Assembly (NCBI GenBank): GCA_964359735.1 | Contig: CAYHTZ010000007.1 | Span: 1-48,484, forward strand | DNA from: an uncultured Candidatus Saccharibacteria bacterium | GTDB taxonomy: Bacteria > Patescibacteriota > Andersenbacteria > UBA10190 | DNA: 48,484 nt | Reading direction: 5' to 3' | In this document: piece after piece, positions 1 through 8,162 of the stretch | How positions within the stretch are numbered: the stretch's first letter is position 1 | Layout: every line of letters starts with the position of its first letter | The notes under the pieces: generated by a model | Database searches by the model: none | Seen by the model: the letters and a program-made list of their open reading frames with translations, nothing else | What the model was told of the DNA's origin: nothing | Position numbers and translations under genes: made by a program

Positions 1-1941
1 CACAACCGGTGGCGCGGGTGCATCGGAGGTGGCCACTTTCTGCAGCAGCAGCGTAGTAGTGTGGCCGAACTTATCGGTGGCCTTAAGATATATGTAGTAA
101 GTTGTATTGCGCCAAAGCCCCGTAATCGTGGTCTGCGATGTGCTAAACGTTGTCAGCTTACTGTCATTCGCCGTTGTCCATTTACCTGCCAGCAGCGCAG
201 GGCCTCGTCTCCGCGTCGTGCAACTTGCTGCCTCAGAAGTACTCCTGCCAAAACACAGCTCGTACTTATCAAAATTCTTCTCCGATTCCGGCGTCCAGGC
301 CGGGGTGAGGGAAGTCGAGGTGCGTGCTTTCAGATACAGTCCCGATACCACGGGTGCCTTCGTATCCAGCGCAAAAGACTCGGAAATCACCGTACTGCCT
401 ACATCCGTCCCATCGTACGGCGTCAGACGCAAATACACCGTACTCTCCTCACTACTGGCAAAGTTATCTTTCGCATTCCACGTCACGGTCAGCGTTATTT
501 TCCCGTTGTCTGTATCAATCGAGGCAATGGGGTAGGTGGCCGAGGCTGTGATCGTCGTGTCTCCCTGCGAGGCTACGACACTCTTAATACTTGCCTTCTT
601 CCAGTTTGATTGATCAGTGGAATATTCAACCAGGAGTTGCGTCTTGTCACCATTGGTATCGTTGATATCTGTCTTGAACTCGATCGTATCTGTCTTTTGC
701 GTAATCGAGCGGGGAGCGCTGGCCGTGGGTGCCGTGTTCCCGCTACTCCCTGTGGTGCTGCACGTTGTCCCCGAAAGCGTCCAGTTCGTGTTATTGCCCG
801 ACGAAGCACACCCTGTCGTACAGCTCACCGCGGTGCTATTCGTATTGTTTGAGTCCTTAACGTCAATGTAGGAAACCGTCCGTGTACCCTGAGGGTTGAT
901 GCTCCACTGACTACCGCTCGAGGAAGAACGCAACGACAGTATGTTACAATCAGCGCCGTTCATCGTGAGCGTATTGGTAACCGTTTGCGTAGCTGAGGCT
1001 TCCAGCGTGAGTGTATCCGCGCTCGTAACACTCTTCGTTAAGTTGTAAAAGGTATTGTCGTCATTTAGGGCTTGGCTGGTACCATCAAATGTCACTGTGC
1101 CTGAATTCGCGGTAAATGTTCCCGTATTGCTCCAGGTGCCTGAGACGGTGATGGAGGCGCTGGAGTCAGGCTTTAAAATTCCGTTTGTTGTAATGGAGAC
1201 CGTGGCAAAGTCTGAAGCCGTAGTCGGCTGGAATTGGCCATCGCTGACCGTTAAGGTGTTGACTACAGTCACGGCAGCAGAAGAGTCGACATCAGTATCA
1301 TCTCCAGGCGAAGGAGCTTGATTATTAATAGTGAGATTATAGAATGTTTCCCCGGTGAGGGTTTGGGCGAACGACCCGGCCGCATTATTGAAGGTAACAG
1401 TGCCGGAGTTGTGAGAAAACGTGCCGCCGGTTCGACTCAGGTTGCCAGAGATAGAAAGAGTGCCACTGGTACTGGTAAATGTGCCGCCGGTGATTGTTAG
1501 GTTGCACGAGGTTGCTCCCTGGATGGTAATAGCGCTGCTGCCACCCGCAAACGTACCGCCCGCTTGAGTAAAGTGAGAACAGCCTACCGAGAGCGCGGCG
1601 CTTTGAGTCACGGTACCTGTGTAACCGGATTGCATCGTGAGGCCAACGACATTAAGAGTAGAATCAATGGTGGCACCATTATCGCAGTCAGCGTCAAAAA
1701 TGACTTCATCGCTGCTCGTGGGAGTGACAGGGGAATTACCACTGCCGCACGTCGTCGGATCGGTGGTCTTCCAGTTCAAAGCAGTGTTAGTACTGGCCCC
1801 GTCGCTGCCCACCCAATAAAGAGTGATGGCGTAAGCTGGCCTGCTTGTAACCCAGCCAAAAATGAAGGCAGTTCCAATCAGAACAACAATTGTGGCCAAA
1901 ATCCTCACGGCCAAAGGAAAACCCGGTAGTGTGCCGTACAT
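1..1941 (-). CDS. Giant secreted surface protein, 5' part only (runs off the left edge); beta-rich repeats plus an FN3-like domain
   Basis: Not in the ORF track because there is no stop in the window. My translation of sampled segments from ATG 1941: MYGTLPGFPLAVRILATIVVLIGTAFIFGWVTSRPAYA|ITLYWVGSDGASTNTALNWKTT...SSDEVIFDADC...WSINPQGTRTVSYIDVKDSNNT...TITGLWRNTTYYIYLKATDKFGH. Signal peptide ends in AYA; Thr/Ser/Gly-rich; FN3-like GLxxNTTYYI motif. The frame is consistent in every segment I translated. Confidence 0.85.
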   Translation of the reverse strand, partial: MYGTLPGFPLAVRILATIVVLIGTAFIFGWVTSRPAYAITLYWVGSDGASTNTALNWKTTDPTTCGSGNSPVTPTSSDEVIFDADCDNGATIDSTLNVVGLTMQSGYTGTVTQSAALSVGCSHFTQAGGTFAGGSSAITIQGATSCNLTITGGTFTSTSGTLSISGNLSRTGGTFSHNSGTVTFNNAAGSFAQTLTGETFYNLTINNQAPSPGDDTDVDSSAAVTVVNTLTVSDGQFQPTTASDFATVSITTNGILKPDSSASITVSGTWSNTGTFTANSGTVTFDGTSQALNDDNTFYNLTKSVTSADTLTLEASATQTVTNTLTMNGADCNILSLRSSSSGSQWSINPQGTRTVSYIDVKDSNNTNSTAVSCTTGCASSGNNTNWTLSGTTCSTTGSSGNTAPTASAPRSITQKTDTIEFKTDINDTNGDKTQLLVEYSTDQSNWKKASIKSVVASQGDTTITASATYPIASIDTDNGKITLTVTWNAKDNFASSEESTVYLRLTPYDGTDVGSTVISESFALDTKAPVVSGLYLKARTSTSLTPAWTPESEKNFDKYELCFGRSTSEAASCTTRRRGPALLAGKWTTANDSKLTTFSTSQTTITGLWRNTTYYIYLKATDKFGHTTTLLLQKVATSDAPAPPVV

Positions 1942-2171
1942 TACTTAATTATATAATGTTTGCCTCCTGGACCCTAACCCCGAGAGTTTCAAGCTTGTGC
2001 CATGTGCCGCCGGGAAGCTACAGCATCTTTGTAGCCGATGACCTAGTTTATCAAGACGGGGAGTACTGCAACTTCTTTACCCACCCCAATTTAGACCCGT
2101 GCCCCGTCACGGTTGCTGCGTCCCCGGTTGAATTCAACCTCAGAATTGATCACGCCGCGCACTAAGCCAGT

Positions 2172-2612
2172 CTAAGGAGGCTTTACCCTGTCTTTTATAT
2201 TCTTTCCGAGAGCAATGAAAGCACCTGCCACTATACTCGCTGCGCCTCCTGCGGCTATCCAAGTCCCAGCCGCGTGCCCGACCCACGCTGTGAGCGTACC
2301 GGCCGGAACCAAGGCAACTCCAAGCATTTCGCATACTACGGAAATTTTGTACAAAAAAGCCATTCGAGCTTCCTCAGGAATACCGCTTGTTCTCACCAGG
2401 CGCTCCGCTTCGCTTCTCGGTAAAGCACGATTGCGCCAAGGATCATCGTGCCAACTTTCTTGCTCTAGCGGATTCGTCTCAAGGCGCTTGCGAAACTCGT
2501 CAAGCCAGCTTGTATAAATCTCAGCCTCCCAGCCAACCAGAAACCTGCGCCGAGAAAATTTCTTGGGCTGAGAAGGCAAATCAGGTGGGAGTTCAAAACG
2601 TCTTTTGCCCAT
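2172..2612 (-). CDS. Hypothetical protein with C-terminal hydrophobic helices
   Basis: 146-aa ATG ORF filling the gap; charged N-terminal part, Ala/Gly-rich hydrophobic C-terminal part; no family recognised. Confidence 0.6.
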   Translation of the reverse strand: MGKRRFELPPDLPSQPKKFSRRRFLVGWEAEIYTSWLDEFRKRLETNPLEQESWHDDPWRNRALPRSEAERLVRTSGIPEEARMAFLYKISVVCEMLGVALVPAGTLTAWVGHAAGTWIAAGGAASIVAGAFIALGKNIKDRVKPP

Positions 2613-2635
2613 GCTGTTTTGTATATTACATGGTT

Positions 2636-2972
2636 TTATGCTGCTAGCCCCTCCACCGCCATCGTTTGCGGTGCCTGTGGGGTTAGGGTGAAAGTCATAG
2701 AGAGTGCCTGCTGCTTTTCCGGCCGTATGATCAAATGGGATTCCCGATACGTTTCATAACCCGCCCGCGATACAATCGCCGCGTATACCCCTGGCGGAGG
2801 AAGGAGCACGAATTGACCCAGGCTCGTGGTTGCCTTCGTCCGTATACACTGTTCCCGAAATAGTGATGTGAGTCGCGCTGACTGGCTGGACAGGGAATAG
2901 TAAAAAAATCGCCCCGGCAAGAAGCCCGGCGCGCAGAAGAAAAGAAAAGCATTTTTGGCACTCTTTTTCCAT
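2636..2972 (-). pseudogene. Collapsed/frameshifted relic of a secreted surface protein (signal peptide fused to half of a carboxypeptidase-regulatory-like beta-sandwich)
   Basis: Frame 1 from ATG 2972: signal peptide (...LLFPVQPVSA) then THITISGTVYTDEG. Frame 2 from about 2830: TTSLGQFVLLPPPGVYAAIVSRAGYETY...TFTLTP to TAA 2636. The junction GAA GGC A ACC ACG has one extra A at 2830/2831. Confidence 0.6.
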
Positions 2973-2996
2973 AGGCTTTCCCTATACATCATGATA

Positions 2997-4040
2997 TCAG
3001 ATACGTGACGCGAGCTTATGCCCCAAACGCAGCATAGGTCTCTCATACCAGCGATATACGAGGAAAATAGCACTTCCGGTGATGACAGCCGTCATAAGCA
3101 GCGCTTTTGAGTAGCCCAGCGAAGGAAAGAAATGTTTCAGAACAATATCACCCACCGTGTCGTGCAGGAGATATATGGTATAGCTTGAATAGGCTAAGTA
3201 AGAAAAGAAACGGGGGACAAAGAGATGAGCATTGAGGAGTAAACCAATCAAAAAAAGAATGACTGCCCACCCGAAGGAAATCAGGTAGGAATTGTGAAGC
3301 GAAAGAAAACCTGTATGAATTTCGCGCAATCCTACTACAAGCACGAACAGGCATCCAGCCAGAAAAAGAAGAAAGTGAACTGGGTGCAACCGCTTGGTAT
3401 ACAATCCAAAGTAAAACAATTGACCGACAATTAAGTACGGCAGATATGCCACCGCCGCTGCCAGGAGAAAAAAGGAGTGGCCCAGGGAAGGGGAGAGAGC
3501 GATAATACCAAGCACAAAAGCCAGCTCCAACGTAACCAAAAGATCTGCCCGGCCGCGGAATGGATAAAGGCTTAGGAGTAATGCATAAAATAAAACTTCC
3601 ACCGCCAGTGTCCAAGCTACCTGAACAAAAGTGATTTGGGGGTAGAAAAAATAGTTTAATAAAAAGGCATTTGAGGCCACTGTCGAAACTGACACAGTAT
3701 TCCACGCCTCCGGCTGTAAGAGGATAGCGAGGAGTACTGCCAGCGCCAGTAACGGGTAAATCCGGAATACCCGCTTAATCAGAAATTCTTTTCGGCTCTC
3801 TCGCTGTGCTACATGGGTGATAATAAATCCACTGATTAAGAAAAAAAGGCACACTCCTAGCCAGCCGAAATCCTGGATAATACCTAAAGGATAATTAATC
3901 CACGCTCGCGCTTGTGACAACGCAGTTGGTGTAAAACCCAAACGGCTAGGAGCAAAGCCTATCCAATGGCTCCACACTACCAAGAGCGCCGCTGGCCCCC
4001 TCAGAATATCGAGGAAAGCAATAACCTGACTATTTCTCAC
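2997..4040 (-). CDS. Membrane O-acyltransferase, Acyl_transf_3 (OafA/WecH-like)
   Basis: FLDILRGPAALLVVWSH, GVCLFFLISGFII, FLIKRVFRIYP, WTLAVEVLFY, SYTIYLLH, YRWYERP; about 10 TM helices. Confidence 0.92.
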   Translation of the reverse strand: MRNSQVIAFLDILRGPAALLVVWSHWIGFAPSRLGFTPTALSQARAWINYPLGIIQDFGWLGVCLFFLISGFIITHVAQRESRKEFLIKRVFRIYPLLALAVLLAILLQPEAWNTVSVSTVASNAFLLNYFFYPQITFVQVAWTLAVEVLFYALLLSLYPFRGRADLLVTLELAFVLGIIALSPSLGHSFFLLAAAVAYLPYLIVGQLFYFGLYTKRLHPVHFLLFLAGCLFVLVVGLREIHTGFLSLHNSYLISFGWAVILFLIGLLLNAHLFVPRFFSYLAYSSYTIYLLHDTVGDIVLKHFFPSLGYSKALLMTAVITGSAIFLVYRWYERPMLRLGHKLASRI

Positions 4041-4771
4041 GCGGGTTCAAAACTGTAGTGAAGTACCAGGCTCAGTCTCCGTTTGCTTTTATTCAAAGCG
4101 GGTGAACCGGCGTGTGCCAAATCTCCATGCCAGAGTAAAACATCTCCTGGGTCAGCCAAGAATGTTTCGGCCTGTGATCCTTGAACCTGATTTTCTAGGT
4201 AGGGCCGAAAGCCATCATGAGTTGCTTCGCTGTAGTTATATCGAGGCATACGGTGAGATCCGGGGTAGTAAACCAAAGGGCCATTATCTACCTCAACTCG
4301 GTCAATTGCTACCCATACACCTGCGAGGTTGGGAACGTCAGGGGCACACGTAGTCACAAAACACCAATCTTGGTGCAGTGGTTGTTCACTAGGCCATTCA
4401 AACGTGAGTGACTGGCAGAAAACCGGCCTGCGCCCGAACAAAGAAACGAAGCCCTGGATAATGCTGGGGTGATTCACGATCGCGCGCGCGGAAGAAAGAT
4501 AATTCTGTATCTCAATAATTCGGTAATGGTGGTGAGAAAGGTCAAGTGTTTTTGCATGCTCCATTGTTGTCACCCCTACTCCTTCTACGGTAATTTGGCA
4601 GCCGCGGGGGTCACGCCAGAGTTCCTGCAACTGTCGTTCAAATTCTTGCAAAAGATTTTTTGGAAGGGCCCCCTTGACTAATGCATAGCCATCACGGTCC
4701 CAATCTGCTCGCGCCAGTTGAGTGGTTTCTACCTTTTCTTGAAGGGCCACCTGGTCCATTACTTCTACCAT
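4037..4771 (-). CDS. Phytanoyl-CoA dioxygenase family (PhyH) 2OG-Fe(II) oxygenase
   Basis: QPLHQD (HxD), VWVAIDRVEVDNGPLVYYPGSH, PGDVLLWHGDLAHAG, RxS (RRLSL). Start moved to ATG 4771 (or 4759) because the longer ORF overlaps the upstream gene. Confidence 0.87.
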   Translation of the reverse strand: MVEVMDQVALQEKVETTQLARADWDRDGYALVKGALPKNLLQEFERQLQELWRDPRGCQITVEGVGVTTMEHAKTLDLSHHHYRIIEIQNYLSSARAIVNHPSIIQGFVSLFGRRPVFCQSLTFEWPSEQPLHQDWCFVTTCAPDVPNLAGVWVAIDRVEVDNGPLVYYPGSHRMPRYNYSEATHDGFRPYLENQVQGSQAETFLADPGDVLLWHGDLAHAGSPALNKSKRRLSLVLHYSFEPA

Positions 4772-4775
4772 ACGC

Positions 4776-6728
4776 CTAATGAAGCTGCTCGAGTAGTCGC
4801 CTCGCCCCTTCACTGCGTGGTTCGCGCTCAAGCACGACCTCCGCTTGCTCTCGGGCCTTGTCATTCTCTCCGTTTGCCAAGTAGGCAACTGCCAAATTGA
4901 GCTTGGCATCGATGTATAAATCATCAGTGCCCACCGCCATTTCGAGGGGGGCTACGGCGTTTTCAGGTTGTCCTACCTTTAAGTACGCTACTCCCAGGTT
5001 GTTAAATGCATGAGTATATAAAGGTTCCAGCTCCGTGGCCTTTTTGAACAATTCCAGTGCGGTGTCATATTCCTCCTGCTGAGCTTTGAGCAAGCCTAAG
5101 TTATTATAAGCCTCAGCGTAGTTGGGGTTAAGGGAGATAGCTTCCCGAAACGTTCCCTCTGCCTGCTCTCCATCACCAATTCGCGTATAGGCAACCCCTA
5201 AATTATTCCACCCCCGAGCCTTTAAGGGCGATTTTTCAACAACATCGAGCCAAAGCCCCTGTTCACTTTGCCATGTTCCGTTTCGCGCTATTGTCGCGCC
5301 CGCAAAAATGACTACCACTGCCAGCCCCAGGGGTAGAAGAACTCGCCGGGGAAAGTAGACAGCTGCCACAGCAGACGCGGCCAGGAAAAACCCAAACGAT
5401 GGCAGATACAATCGGTGTTCATATATGACATCCCGAATGGGGATGAAGGAAGACTCCACTGAAAGGGCCAAAAAGAGGAAGAATATCCCGAATGACGCCA
5501 GCCGATTTCTTGGGTACAACCATGCTCCCAAACCCAGAATAGTGAGCAGTAAAACCAGCGACCCCAGCGTTCGCGCTTCCAGTAGAGAATGGGAAATCGG
5601 GTAATCGTAATCAAGGTTTTGATGTATAGGTAAAATCAAGAGCCGCAGATATGTCCGCACGACATTGATCTGAGTGAGTAAGTATTCACTGCGTGTAATG
5701 CTACTTGTTTCCGTAACAAGCGGCCGCCCGGGCTGAACTGCCGCATTTTCTACCAGAGGGTTATCCCTCTCCACCAGCGGCGGCCGATTTACCAAAAGTA
5801 TCAGAGGAATCACCAGAAGAAGTGATAAGTAAAGCAGAGCAACCCACCACATTACCTGCTCAGGTCGCGTCGAATCGCCCCGCGAGCGATTCGCGCTTTG
5901 GCTCAGCCAGCCACTGTCAAGTACTTGCCTTGACAACCCTTGCTGGCTCGGCTTCCGCAAGCCGTTCGCAGGTAACATGTCGGATTGCTCTGCAGCGTTA
6001 AGAGACGCGCCTGCCCCGCGAAGCTTTAGCGAAGTGGGGTGCTTGGAATGAAAAGGGGCGGGCGAAGGTGAGCCTTGAAAGAAAAACCACTCGATCATGA
6101 GGATCGCTATGGGCGCCGTGAACGCGATTTCCTTACTAAACATGGCCAAGAGAATCGCCAGCCAAGATAATAGATAGAGCCAATTCCAGCTGCTTACCCT
6201 GCCTGTCCGCCGAAGCTTTAGCGAAGGTGGGAGCCCTGTCGAAAGGCCTCTCTTCCTGGCTAAGACGTACAGTAAAAGCCCGGTGAGATAGAGAAGTGCG
6301 GTGAGGGAAGCCAGTCGCTGGATAATGTAGGTAACCGCTTGAGTTTGAACCGGGTGGCTTATAAAAAGTAAGGCAGTTGCGCCAGCGATTATGTGTGCCT
6401 GCTCCTTATACCTCGTTCTTGCACCGAGCTCCCTTACCAAGAAAAAAATTACGGTTGCCGACAGCAGGTGGGTAAGAATATTCACCGCGTGGTAGCTCAC
6501 AGTATTCTCACCGCTCAAAGCGTAGTTAGCTGCCAGTGTCAAGTACGGAATTATTCGAGTGGGGTATCGTTGTACGAGCGCAACCATGTCAAAGTCTCGC
6601 AAGGGAGCATTTCCGACAATTTCTACCAAGTCATCGAACACAAACGGTGAGGAAAGTGTGTTGGAGTAGGCAACTATGCCGACAATCCAAATAAGCAGCA
6701 GCCAGAACCAGCCTGATTTCCAATTCAT
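4776..6728 (-). CDS. TMTC-like GT-C fold membrane glycosyltransferase with C-terminal TPR repeats
   Basis: PFVFDD, SYHAVNILTH, HPVQTQAVTYIIQR, LAMFSKE, YEHRLYLPS, RNGTWQSEQGLW, then TPRs (NNLGVAY, EAYNNLG, AFNNLG). Contains two in-frame insertions. Confidence 0.85.
   Translation of the reverse strand: MNWKSGWFWLLLIWIVGIVAYSNTLSSPFVFDDLVEIVGNAPLRDFDMVALVQRYPTRIIPYLTLAANYALSGENTVSYHAVNILTHLLSATVIFFLVRELGARTRYKEQAHIIAGATALLFISHPVQTQAVTYIIQRLASLTALLYLTGLLLYVLARKRGLSTGLPPSLKLRRTGRVSSWNWLYLLSWLAILLAMFSKEIAFTAPIAILMIEWFFFQGSPSPAPFHSKHPTSLKLRGAGASLNAAEQSDMLPANGLRKPSQQGLSRQVLDSGWLSQSANRSRGDSTRPEQVMWWVALLYLSLLLVIPLILLVNRPPLVERDNPLVENAAVQPGRPLVTETSSITRSEYLLTQINVVRTYLRLLILPIHQNLDYDYPISHSLLEARTLGSLVLLLTILGLGAWLYPRNRLASFGIFFLFLALSVESSFIPIRDVIYEHRLYLPSFGFFLAASAVAAVYFPRRVLLPLGLAVVVIFAGATIARNGTWQSEQGLWLDVVEKSPLKARGWNNLGVAYTRIGDGEQAEGTFREAISLNPNYAEAYNNLGLLKAQQEEYDTALELFKKATELEPLYTHAFNNLGVAYLKVGQPENAVAPLEMAVGTDDLYIDAKLNLAVAYLANGENDKAREQAEVVLEREPRSEGARRLLEQLH
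5866..6009. other. 144-nt highly structured in-frame insertion bounded by a 6-bp inverted repeat
   Basis: CGCGTC (5866-71) and GACGCG (6004-09) enclose hairpins GAATCGC/GCGATTC (5872-92), AGCCAGC..TGTCAAG/CTTGACA..GCTGGCT (5905-48) and CGGCTT/AAGCCG (5949-64). Length is a multiple of 3. Confidence 0.55.
6010..6040 (+). repeat. CYTGCC-hairpin element (family A), in frame in the TMTC-like gene
   Basis: CCTGCCCCGCGAAGCTTTAGCGAAGTGGGGT; 30/31 identical to the reverse complement of 33407-33437. Confidence 0.9.
6198..6232 (+). repeat. CYTGCC-hairpin element (family A), in frame in the TMTC-like gene
   Basis: CCTGCCTGTCCGCCGAAGCTTTAGCGAAGGTGGGA; the gene reads it as PPSLKLRRTG. Confidence 0.88.
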
Positions 6729-6751
6729 CCTCTCAATCGTACACTACACAA
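6729..6751. promoter_or_regulatory. Bidirectional leaderless-type promoter spacer
   Basis: 23-bp spacer. TACACT + 6 nt + ATG 6752 on +; TACGAT + 7 nt + ATG 6728 on -. Confidence 0.6.
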
Positions 6752-7348
6752 ATGACTGTCTCTATCGTAATACCCGCCTACAACGAGGCAAAAAATCTCG
6801 GCCGTGTAATCAGCGATGTCCGCGCGGCCGGTTGGAACGATATCTTGGTGGTAGACGATGGCAGTACCGATGACACCAGTGAGGTAGCGAGGCAGCAAAA
6901 AGTCGACATAATTAGCCTGGAACATAACAGTGGCCAGGGAAAAGCGCTGCAAAGTGGTATTGAACACCTAAAAAACAATCAGAACCCTGATATCATTGTT
7001 ACCTTCGATGCGGACGGCCAACATCGGCCAGAAGACGTAAAAAGCCTTATTCAAGCCTTAGAAAAAGGAAATATCGACGCTGCACTGGGATCACGATTTT
7101 TGGAAAACTCTTCCCAAATCCCATTTTTTAAAAAAGCATTATTGAAATGTGCAGTTTTCTATACTCGCTGGACAACAGGATTAAACATCACCGACACCCA
7201 TAATGGCCTTCGCGCACTCACTCGGAAGGCTTACCAAACCATTAACCTCACCTGGCCCCGCCGCGCCCACGCCTCGCAAATTCTTCACCAAATTGCCCGC
7301 GCGAAACTTCGCTACGTCGAAGTGCCAGTCACAATTCTTTATAACTGA
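6752..7348 (+). CDS. Glycosyltransferase family 2 (DPM1-like), short C-terminus
   Basis: IVIPAYNE, VVDDGSTDDT, GQGKAL, TFDADGQH, ALGSRFL, TDTHNGLRA. Confidence 0.92.
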   Translation: MTVSIVIPAYNEAKNLGRVISDVRAAGWNDILVVDDGSTDDTSEVARQQKVDIISLEHNSGQGKALQSGIEHLKNNQNPDIIVTFDADGQHRPEDVKSLIQALEKGNIDAALGSRFLENSSQIPFFKKALLKCAVFYTRWTTGLNITDTHNGLRALTRKAYQTINLTWPRRAHASQILHQIARAKLRYVEVPVTILYN

Positions 7349-8162
7349 AGACTTTCGAGCGCTTCCGCCAGATTTTCGGCAATCCTTTCAACGCGTCATA
7401 CTTCGCTTTCCAAATAATTTTCCCATCGCCGCGGGCAGAGAGCCAGGCAAGCGAAGCGACTTGCCCCGCCACAATCGCTGGCCATTGATACCAATATTTC
7501 TTGGAAATGTTTTTGGCGATGTACCACACGTTATTCCGGTGGCCTAAATACATTGGCGCCGATGTATTAGATGCCGACGCCGAGCCCTCGTGAAAAACAA
7601 CTGCTTTCTCAGCAAGCACACACTGATACCCCAAGGCCCGTGCCTGCAGCCCTACGTCTGTGTCTTCGCCGTACATAAAAAAGTCCTCGTCAAAAAATTT
7701 ACCATCTCGGGAAACATCCTCGATTAGTTTTCGCGAATACAACGCTGCCGCTCCAGTGGGGCACAGCAGCTGTCCGTCAGAAGCAGATCGGCGGTTAAAT
7801 CCCAGCCGGGCAGAGTTTATTCGGAGCCCCATGCTTTCAATGGCATTGTTTGAAACTCGCCGCACAACTGGCGCCACCATTCCCGCGCCAGTTTCTTGTG
7901 GTGTCTTCATCATCTCGGTGAGCGCCGGAGGTTCAAGCTGCGCGTCGTTATTCAAAACCAAAACATAATCTACCGCAGAATCCTGAAGTACAGCCCGAAT
8001 TCCCACATTCGCCCCACCCGCAAACCCGCGATTTATTTTATCGTTATCTACTACTTGGGTACCAAAGTTCTTATACGTGCTTGCCTGCACGGAAGCCACG
8101 CATCTGCGTGTTACATCCCAATTTTTGTAGTGCACTACTACAACACCAACACGCGCTGCCAT
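7329..8162 (-). CDS. Glycosyltransferase family 2 (WbbL/rhamnosyltransferase-like)
   Basis: VVVVHYKN, NRGFAGGANVG, VLVLNNDA, FDEDFFMYGEDTDVG, VFHEGSAS. Confidence 0.92.
   Translation of the reverse strand: MAARVGVVVVHYKNWDVTRRCVASVQASTYKNFGTQVVDNDKINRGFAGGANVGIRAVLQDSAVDYVLVLNNDAQLEPPALTEMMKTPQETGAGMVAPVVRRVSNNAIESMGLRINSARLGFNRRSASDGQLLCPTGAAALYSRKLIEDVSRDGKFFDEDFFMYGEDTDVGLQARALGYQCVLAEKAVVFHEGSASASNTSAPMYLGHRNNVWYIAKNISKKYWYQWPAIVAGQVASLAWLSARGDGKIIWKAKYDALKGLPKIWRKRSKVFSYKEL

Noticed and set aside
1-1929. Short plus-strand ORFs in the track (61-609, 107-535, 610-852, 1055-1321, 1564-1929 etc.)
   Set aside because: They are antisense shadows of the long minus-strand surface-protein ORF that the track missed.
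1905-1941. Possible uORF or -1 frameshift (GGGTTT run) at the start of the giant gene
   Set aside because: Recounting the A-run at 1918-1921 shows ATG 1941 is in frame with GTG 1908; no shift is needed.
1956-2165. 69-aa plus-strand ORF (SYSIFVADDLVYQDGE), faintly pilin-like
   Set aside because: No signal or prepilin motif and no supporting initiation signal; resemblance too weak.
7446-7465. GGCAAG/CTTGCC hairpin in the GT2 gene
   Set aside because: 6-bp stem in an apparently normal helix with no evident length insertion; could be chance.
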